Source: Octopus vulgaris (lineage: Eukaryota). From it: 64,000 bases of DNA. Of the stretch, positions 54,408 through 64,000 are shown piece by piece; the stretch's first letter is position 1; every line of letters begins with the position of its first letter. The position numbers and the translations under genes were made by a program. Location of the stretch: positions 90,024,001-90,088,000 of the forward strand of contig OX597820.1 in assembly GCA_951406725.2 (NCBI GenBank), read 5' to 3'. The notes under the pieces are model-generated. The model was given only the letters and a program-made list of their open reading frames with translations. It did not search any database and was not told the origin of the DNA.

Positions 54408-57400
54408 AATGTGAATGTGCACAACACTAATTTAGTTTCTAGGGCAGATACGTTAAGAATGAAGGTTACGGGTTTTATTCTTCACGAAATCGACTGTGTT
54501 CCACGCAAGAAATATGATTTCCTTTCCTGTTCTTTTCTATTAACTTATCAAAATATGGAAATATTCATTATTGAAGTTATTGATCAAGATCAGAAATAGT
54601 TTATCTAAAAAGGGGAAGGTAGACAATTTCTAATCTGAATACATGTCTATGCTAAAAATATTTACTTTAGTTGTAATATATGAGTTAGAGATAGATGTAG
54701 ATTAGCGATGGAAAATTAGATAATTATGACTCCAGTTACTTAATAATATTCTAGAGCTCACTTTTAAATATGCTGGAACTAATGAAGGTTCCCATGAAAA
54801 TAAAAATTCGTATTAATTCAAATGATGTCCGCAGATTTCTGTGATTGGACTCTGTTAGTCTAACACTACTATCAAATAAAATTCTGATAATATAAAAGTG
54901 TTAATTAGAATCTGGTGTATATGATACACTCAAGACTATAACCTCAATAGCATTCTTCTCTTTCAAGTTTTCCCGCAATATTCTAATCAACAACTTTTGG
55001 AATTCCACATAAATCATTCTTATATTAATAACGTTTTTGTCATTCTTGTTATGGTTCAACCAAAAGTAGAAGGGCAGCGTACATGATCTTTCAAGTTTTC
55101 TTTTGCAAAACGTCTGAAACTGGAGTGTGTTTGTGTATGTTGGAACGCAGAAGAAACCACAGCTCAAATTCACATTATTCTCAGGTCATAAACCTGGTTC
55201 AAATGCTGTCGGCAGAAAAGACGCCGTTATAGAAATCAGAAAATCCAGATGGTGGTATTAAACCAAACAACAATTACATCGTATCCGGCAACATTCTGCA
55301 CAATTTCCTGTTTATACAGCTTGCCTCACAAGGCAGAGAACAGTACAACGCTTCGACCAAAAGTATCATGAATGCCATGATGTCTGAATATTTAGCACTC
55401 TCTACACATATAACCTATATATTTCCCAAATCATAGTACATAAAATAGAATCAACTGGTGTAGCGCAACAAAGTTATTCTAGCATTTGTTATTTTTATTA
55501 TTTTTTTTTAAAATTCTGTTTTATCTGTGAGGCGTAAATTGTATATGCAAATAAGATTATTATATTTACTATTTTTTACTCTTATTTTGCGTAGTCATAA
55601 ATGTTTAAAACGAATATTTAGAAAATGTATAAGCACTATACATTACATTGAACAGTGGAACAGTGGAAATAGATGAAATGTTTGGTATTTTCTACATTCA
55701 AATTTCATTTGGTATTATCGCAACTAAATTCGACATAAATAAATTTTGGAGACTAAGGTGATAAATGGTTTGAGTAAAATATAGTTACGCTGCAAAATTA
55801 TTGTAACGATTAGTTTGGTTTTTATTGATATTTTGAAAAGATAATTCACTCACTTGTTCTTTATACATAGCTACTGGTATGCAAATTCATTTTAACACTC
55901 GCATATGTGTCCATGTGTACATAGTTGGGTATACATAGATATTTTATATACATCACAGACGCAGACACAATGTGTGTCTATGTGTTTATGAAGTAAACTG
56001 AACATAGATAACACTTTCAGATTACAACTTGGCTCAATCGACTATTTTTTAAACAGAAACGTCAGCTGTACGTCCACAAAATATTGGAAAAGAAAGAAAT
56101 AGAAAGCGGAGTGAATTATTCTTGTAAATGATTTAAATTCTGGTTATTATCTTCCATATATCAGAGAAGTCCTCTTTGAAATACCCGAGTGAAAACCGGT
56201 TATAACTCACAGCAGGTCGACAATTATTCACTATCATATTTAAGATTAGTGTCTGATTGACCATATGACATTGTGGTCTCTCGCATGTTTCCCGATTTCT
56301 AATTAAACGGTGAAATTGACGGATAACTTTCTAGAAAGTGAAGACATAATCAAGTGTTGCATTGGTGGAATAAACATTTGAAAGAAATGTTTCCACGTCT
56401 TAAGTAGTTTCTTAATGTGTTGCCAGACGAGACATCAGCATGGCATGCGATATTTCTCTTTCAGCATTTACCCTTTAAAAGGAGATCTATATTTTGGTAA
56501 TTGCATGACGGCTATTTCTACTTATTGTATATATTTTCGTATTTTGTATGATAGTGGAGATGATTTTATAAAGTTGCTGCTCGCATCCATATTGGTGGGG
56601 TTGGAATGGATGACCTATCTGGATAAGACTTCCGAATGGGTTATGTAATGTTATAGACCACTGCTTTTATGCTATATGTTATGCCATATAGCAATTTCTT
56701 ACATGGAATTTTTCGGATAGTACTTGACTTTCTTTTACTTTCCAATCCATTGACCAATAAAGTCGACCGAAGACTGATTGAACAACTCCGTGATCCTGTT
56801 AATAATCTTTGTTTATTATACTCATAGTTAACATATATCATATTGTAGAGACTTACAACATAATATTGTGTTAATCACTGATATGTTCTTTAGCTACAAA
56901 TTATTCAAAAATTAAATACAGTCCCCACCATCAAAATAGAGTATTTACTATGTGAATCAATATTTAGAAAGATACACAGAATGTGATCAATGCAACGGAC
57001 AACCATGAACTACCAGGCGAAAGTCCTTCCCAACTAGAGTGGAACTTTTCTTACAATCACTCATAGAAAAAGAAGCTATAGGATGGCGGAGTAAGGGTAG
57101 TTCTCGCTAGATGCATGAGGTCAGGGAAGTCGCGTGATCGATTGAAGAGTCTTGTCGGAAATATAGGATTCAGTGAGGTCGCGTGTGAACGACCAGCGTC
57201 GGCCCATTTTGCCTTTATCTATCGCTTGGAAGGGATGTTGGTGCTGTGTCAACTCGCGTTATATACTGCTGGGTTCTGGATAGGGAATAAGCGGGTAGGG
57301 CTTACATCTAGACAAGATCGACGATAGGAGAGGACAAGCATAATAGTTGAGTTACATTATTTTCTCTTCGAATAAAATCAATGTTTGAAAATCATGTACA

Positions 57401-57828
57401 ATATAAATGAGAATGAAACGATACCACAGTCAAAGCACAAACATACGTCAGATATCTATAATAAAAAAAACAGCTCGAGGCGTTCAGATCAAGTGCTTTA
57501 ACTTAATAAACAATACAGAATTAAATGAAAAAGCAGAAAATACACTTTCCTACACAATCTTCTCCGTTTAAAAAAATAATATTAACCACTAACGTATTTA
57601 TATTTGTCTCCAAAGTAAGAAATTTACATGAGGCAATATTAAACATTTTCAGGTACATTATATGCAACAACATAACAACACATAGAAAGCGATCACCAGC
57701 TACAGAGACATAAACCATGTGTTCCCGAAACAACAATCAGGCCCCTCGTAAACGCTATGCCAAAAAGCATGTCTTCATCACTTTGAAAGACCAAAGAAAA
57801 TCTTCAAAATCTCAATGACATATACATA

Positions 57829-58240
57829 GGTACAAGCATGGCTGTGTGGTAAGAAGATTGCTTCCCAATCATAAGGTTCCGGGTTCAGTTCCCCTGCGGG
57901 GTACCTTGAGCAAGTGTCTTCTATATCGTTGAGCCTACCTGGAGAGTGTATATGGTAGACGGAAACTGAAAGAAACCCGTAGTGTATATACATATATATG
58001 TGTGTGTGTGTACGTGCGTGCATCTTTGTGTCTGTGTCTGTTTTCTACCACCACTTGGCAAGTTTTGTTGGGGTGTTTACGTCTCCGTAACCTAGCGGTT
58101 CGGCCTAAGATCTCTAAAGAAGAAGTACCAGTCTTTAGAAAGTACTGGATTCGATTCACTCGTTTAAAAATTCTTGAAGGTGGTGCCCCAGAATGGCCGT
58201 AGTGTAATGACTGAAACAAGTAAAAACATAAAAGATAAAA
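57829..58240 (+). mobile_element. Full-length tRNA-derived SINE, family A
   Basis: A box tggctgtgtgg, B box ggttcagttcc, caagtgtcttcta, ggtagacggaaactgaaagaa, internal (TG)n, A-rich tail. Confidence 0.88.
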
Positions 58241-59030
58241 GTTACTATAATCTTACTAAATATTATTTTAGTATTGCAACTTAAGCTATCTAGTCTTAAT
58301 TTTAAAATGTTTTTATAGCACTGTATGTGGGTCAAAACGTTATACCGCGTAAGAGCTTCGGAACCATAACAAATGCACATTTACGAGGATTATTCATTTC
58401 GCTGGAAGATTCATTAATATAACGCGTACTTCTCGCAGATCATGCTAAATACCACTATATATATCAAAAAGTCATGCTGGGTTAAAAAAGAAAACCTCAT
58501 CGTTTATATCTTTATGTTAACCTGACAACAATATGTGCGATATTAAGCTTGTTCTTACTTAATCTATTCAAAATCTCTGTTAATAGCAGTCTGCACATGA
58601 ATGATGGGATAACGGTTTCAAATATGGCAAGTGATGGTACAGATGATATACCAGGAAAACAAATAATTACAATATTCGATTCACTTGGCCTGGTGGTGGT
58701 GGTGGGGGTGACAGGTGAAGAGAAGCATAAAACTGCATATTTTATGAATATCACACACTAAACTCGATATTGTCTGAGGTCTATCAATCAAACAGCGATT
58801 CATTCTAGTGTCATTATCCAGCTAGCCACCGAACTGAACAACGCACGTAGAAATAAGCGTCAGAAAAGTGGTATGCTAGTTATAACCCAAAAAATATACA
58901 TTCAGATGAGTCACATAGAAGTACAGAAAGTAAGATATATTACAATATGAAGAAAGAACTAAGCACTTACGAATATACTTAAAAAGCATTACGAATTAAA
59001 GTGTTTGTTGTCTACACAACTATACAACAA

Positions 59031-59400
59031 TCTCTATATATATAAACGGCAGTTTGTCTGTGTGTGTTTCTGTGTGTCTGTTTGCTTGTACCCTCACCCT
59101 GACCACGGCTTTCAACCGATTCTGATGAAACTTGACACACACATAGCCCAATGTCATAATTCAAAACTAACGCAGCGAAAATTTTGAAAAGTTCCCCCAG
59201 TTCTGAAAAAAATCGATAAAATCGACATGGGGTCGAGAATCAGAAACAAACCACAGACTGTCTAGGGGACGCAACTCAACCTTTTTTAACTCAAAAAAAA
59301 TTTACCATAATTTTTTTGCTATTTTTTGGCTATAACTCTCTAAAAATGCTTTATAGTTATTTCCCTTACAAACCTGAGCAACGCCGGGCGATACTGCTAG
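59031..59400 (+). mobile_element. Non-autonomous Helitron, 370 bp
   Basis: Begins TC after a host A (59030) and ends CTAG before a host T (59401). Subterminal hairpin cctgagcaacgccggg about 12 nt from the end. No TSD. Confidence 0.85.
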
Positions 59401-59454
59401 TTATGTATAAAAGCAATATTGTCAAATATTTTGTAGCCATAATATCCTTACTAA

Positions 59455-59650
59455 TATAAGTACGAGGCCTGGAATTTGCGGGTAGGGGAACTAGTCGATT
59501 TTATCGATCCCAGTGATGAACAGGCACTTAATTTACCGATCCCGAAAGGGTGAAACGTAAAGTCAGCAGAAATGAACTCAGAACATAAAGACAGGTGAAA
59601 TGCCGCCAAGCATATTGTCCAGCGTGCTAACGATTCTGCTATTTCGCCGC
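59455..59650 (-). mobile_element. SINE family B
   Basis: ggggaactagtcgattttatcgatcccag..cgtgctaacgattctgctatttcgccgc. Confidence 0.8.
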
Positions 59651-60511
59651 TTTTTTGGTGCCCATAATACGAAAACATTTTCAGAAGAACCATTAACTCC
59701 ACCAATAACTTAACATCAACATTGTAAAGATGTGCTACATTTATATGACAAAGATATATATAGACATTAAGGTTAACAATGGAAAAATATTCAAACAAGA
59801 CTAGATCAAGTGGAACCGATAGACAAATCCAGAATATACCGCTTTAAAGCATATATATTTAGAACTTTCGAGGGCGCCCATATGATTAGTCAGTGGTAAA
59901 CAACGTACGGATATTTTGATGCATATCAACGTGTATAATCTTTATTTCAATAAAATTATTATCATGCACCAATTTATTCTTAAATATAAAAATTTAAATA
60001 AATTCAATATGATGGCACACGACCCAGATCCAAAAAAATTTTAAGGGGAATTTATATCATGTCTGACAAAAGACATCCGATTGAATTATGGCAAAAGTGC
60101 CACTCCATTGCTTTCTCTAACTCGGGAATGCGTACGTAAACAGAGTAGCCGATTGGAAAAAAAAAACATGGTTCCGTGTTTCATCCTTTTCTTGCAAATA
60201 ATAATGGTGAATCAGAATCTACACGCTTGAAAAGAAAGTGTGAATATGACCTCAGTATTTGTGTCACAAAAGACATATTTAAGAAAAATTACATGAAAAT
60301 ATCTTGAAATACTAAAGAGTAAATTCGTTTAATAAAATCAGCGTTGGCTTGAACCACGACGTCCAGATGATTCCGTAATCTCTTGCAACTCTTCTGGCCT
60401 GTCTCATTGTTTAAGTTGGTCAATGCTGTGAAGTCGACAAAATCAAAAACAAACAATGCAAGAGCACAAAATAAAAAATATAAAACGACGAAAATTTACT
60501 TATCGCAGACT

Positions 60512-60563
60512 GTATCTATCTATCTTTCGGTCTGTCTGTCTGTATGTCTGCCTGTCTGCCTTC

Positions 60564-60595
<32 letters not shown>

Positions 60596-60694
60596 GTCTC
60601 TCTCTCTCTCTCTTTATATAGATAGACAGATAGATAGATATAGATATATAATATATATATAAATATAAGTAGGTATATATATATATATATATAT
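60512..60694. repeat. (TCTG)/(TC)/(GATA)/(TA) microsatellite
   Basis: Direct. Confidence 0.9.
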
Positions 60695-61536
60695 CAACAA
60701 TAAAGGAACGGCCATAATAGGCCATTCACCCACTAGAAATAACAGCCAAAGCTTCAACCGCAAATAAAAGTTAATTCAGTAAACCAGGAGAAAATTTAAA
60801 AAACATTTACCCTGTAATTTCTTATACGATATACCGTTTCATCTGCTGATTAATGGTAAACTAACCTGATTAAATTAAATCAAGCCAATCTTCCACAGGC
60901 CCTCAGATTCTTCAGTAAGAAATAGCCCAAGACGGAACAGATATTTTCACGAGGCATTTCCGACGTTGCCAAGTTTATATCTGACCTAACATTTTCAAAT
61001 CGTCGCACTCGCGCCAAATTTATCGGCAGCAAATAAATATAAGCCGTCGATTCCATTACGGAATTAACCAGAAAATTCATAATTAATCAATATAGGGTGG
61101 CAAAAAAATTTTGTAGAATTCTTTTGCCACCAGCGGCCTAGTAGGAAAAAATTAAAATAGTCATAGACCATTTTTAAGTTCAACATCAACAATAAAGGAA
61201 CGGCCATAATAGGCCATTCACCCACTAGAAATAACAGCCAAAGCTTCAACCGCAAATAAAAGTTTAAATTTAATCAGGTTAGTTTACCATTAATCAGCAG
61301 ATGAAACGGTATATCGTATAAGAAATTACAGGGTAAATGTTTTTAAATTTTCTCCTGGTTTACTGAATTAACTTTTATTTGCGGTTGAAGCTTTGGCTGT
61401 TATTTCTAGTGGGTGAATGGCTATTATGGCCGTTCCTTTGTTGATGTTGAACTTAAAAATGGTCTATATTTTAATTTTTCCTACTAGGCCGCTGGTGGCA
61501 AAAGAATTCTACAAATTTTTTGCCACCTATATTGAT

Positions 61537-61540
<4 letters not shown>
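60693..61540 (-). mobile_element. Retrozyme-like non-coding element: 492-bp unit, about 80 bp terminal redundancy and an inverted copy of about 275 bp, within (TA)n
   Basis: 60693-60772 repeats at 61185-61264. 61265-61540 is the reverse complement of 60878->60693 continuing into 61184->61083. Intact HHR inside. Confidence 0.8.
60817..60923 (-). ncRNA. Type I hammerhead ribozyme, intact core, extended stem II
   Basis: Minus strand: atttctta-CTGAAGA-atctg..(about 18-bp G-U-rich hairpin)..cagat-GAAA-cgg-tata-tcg-TA-taagaaat. Perfect 8-bp stem I, GUA triplet. Confidence 0.92.
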
Positions 61541-61585
<45 letters not shown>

Positions 61586-62854
61586 TTGTACGTATATAAA
61601 TATCTACACACACACATACTATTCTGAGCAAGAATATCAACTACAATGTCTTCGAATTTTCGGCCAGTTAAACCATCACCACAATGCCTTGTCTATATGT
61701 AAGTTGCTCTAAAATTTGAAGGAGGGAATGTTCTAAGTACAAATAGATACGGGTCGGCTTGGGATTACTAAAAAAGGCGCATAATTTCGATAACTATCCT
61801 CGACAACACGGATAAGGTGTATACAAAATGCTGCAGTTGTAATAACCGCAGTAACAGTAGCACTGCTACAATATCCCTGGGATTGACATGAGTATGTGTA
61901 ATATCAATATCGTATAACCCACATTGATTTAACACGCGAGCAATACTCTGTTTTCAGCTTTGAATGACCAGTGGATATATATCAGAGGCTGCCATTTACC
62001 GCATGATTAATAAACACCCAGATTTTGACATGCCGGCCAGGCTGAAGTGATTTATCACCAAAGAATGCCTCTTAGCGTATTCAGTATTTTCTCTTATCCT
62101 CCGTTTTATTTCAATTTTCGATCTATCTTTTTTTTTCTGTCAAGCACACACCATCATCATTTTTCGTTTCTTTTCCATTCAGTAAAAGAATGAGCTATTC
62201 TCCTAGATAATAACTATTTACTGTAATGGCAGCAAGCAAACAGTAGAAAAGCGACATTTCATGGATAGGATTAAGGCTTAGGGCGAGGGTTTGGGTTGTA
62301 AATAGTTGTCATCATTCATTAATAGATTCGCCTGAGTAAATATTTGTCGACTCACATTGTTTTAGAAATAAAATTAGTTTTAATCAATCGAATTCCCCAC
62401 TACAAGGTTTAAAAAATATTAATAATCTATTCGATTTTTAAAGTATGAAGAATGAGAAAACACTTAAGACCAGATTACACAAAATGTAAAGTGGCAGTTG
62501 AACAAATTTCATTATAGTTCTGCATAGAAATATAACATCAAGATAGAAACAAAATATCAGAATGGAAAAATGATCTACTTAAGTTTTGGATAATTGATAT
62601 ACGCCACAAAATCATTATTTTCAATTACGAGCAGTGTTTGGTTATAACGTTTCTTAGTAGACTCTAGTGATTCACATATTATCGAAGTTTACTGGGAACA
62701 CGTCTTAGGTTTCCATTTCTAAATATTTCTTGATTAAAGTCAACTTTGGCAGCTCTTACGAGAATAAGTCAATTATTGAATCAATGGAGAATGGTATGTA
62801 CTATTTCTTTAAACATCCAGATTTATACTAAGCAACTATTGTACTATTATTTTT

Positions 62855-62955
62855 AATGTTGTTGTTCTTGCTAGTGGTGGTGGTGGTGGTGGTGGTGGTG
62901 TTGGTAGTAGTTGTAGTAGCGGTGGTGGTGGCAGTAGTATCGATGATGATGATAT
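62855..62955. repeat. (GTT)/(GTG)/(GTA)/(GAT) trinucleotide tract
   Basis: Direct. Confidence 0.85.
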
Positions 62956-64000
62956 CACGCCGTGTTTGTGCCGCAGTACGGTATTGATCCAAAAGATATG
63001 TAGTCACTGCCAATCCCTGTCTTGAAGACTTATTTTCTTTTCATTTCTTCGTTTCTTTTTATTGCTATAAAAAGCCACTATTCCCTTAGTTCCATGCCAA
63101 CACTTGTATACGGGGGAAAGCGATGTAGGTGGAAAACGTAGGAGGAGTTACAACTCTGGAGAGATGCCAGAAGATAAAGTCAGATGAATAAATTTCTGAA
63201 GATAGGTCATGTGACTCAGAAATAAACGCCCAATAAAATAAAAGTAAAAGATAATTAAATGAAACAGAGAAATTGTTTATCACCATGTTTATGCGTGTGT
63301 TCTTTTATATATTACAGAATAAATGAAAATATATCAACCACATATTGTTGTTAAAAGTTAACCATCTAAACGATTGCCTGAAGATAACTATATATGTAAC
63401 CACTCTTTTTCTCCTTTGTCAGAGTGATACTGAGAAAATGAACTCTGCTATGTTATTTTCGGAAACCCCAACGGTGTCTAAATTACGTGACCTTTGCCAC
63501 GGCATAAGATATTAGACATTAGATCGCTTATCAATCGTAGACAGTAAGCAGTACATTGTTGATTAAATATATAAAAAGCAATTATTTTATCTGCTTAGGT
63601 GAAGGATCCGGATCCAGAAACATGGATTACTCATAAAATTGATGGTAATTTTCCAGTTCAAAAATATATAGTGATACGATTGATTAAATCTTATCAGTTT
63701 TATAAGGTTTCTACATTATTCTACCTATGCTACGAATTCTGTACCCGGGGTCAGTAATTCAAACATTTTATTAAGTTTCTTGAGAAGACATTATTATATT
63801 GTTTGTTATGTAAGTATATTTCTCGCCTCTTTGAAATTCATCATTACGTATGTGGACAGAATCGTCAAAAGGCTGCTTGTTCATTGATAGGCCAATAAGG
63901 AAACGTCTATGTTGTATAACAACATACTGGAAAATTAATCAAGTCGCATTCAAATCACATCTTATCGTCTTAAATGAAGATACGTTACACTGAATAATGT

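Noticed and set aside
62268-62298. Telomere-like TTAGGG variants
   Set aside because: Only one exact unit; not an array.
63190-63235. CTGAAGA..gtca/tgac..GAAA
   Set aside because: No stem III, no UH cleavage site and no stem I partner; probably chance.

Overview
AT-rich, repeat-dense eukaryotic (animal) DNA with no intact host protein-coding gene. Most ORFs in the track are microsatellite translations. The SINE families and the (TA)n/(ATT)n/(CA)n landscape resemble an octopus/coleoid cephalopod genome; this is inferred from recall, not from a search. The window holds one full-length decayed mariner, several RLE-type (R4/Dong-like) LINE relics, Tx1-, RTE- and CR1/L2-like relics, two Penelope-like (GIY-YIG) relics, three tRNA-derived SINE families and a non-autonomous Helitron. 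The most notable layer is non-coding. About ten hammerhead-ribozyme (HHR) motifs occur, two with fully intact cores (24164-24248 and 60817-60923, both minus strand). They lie in small elements embedded in (TA)n tracts, some arranged as inverted or circularly permuted copies, including a 492-bp retrozyme-like unit. Separately, an ORF1-only (CCHC knuckle) retroelement forms a tail-to-tail palindrome in a (TA)n tract, with two 11-nt aborted copies of its 3' end at the centre.
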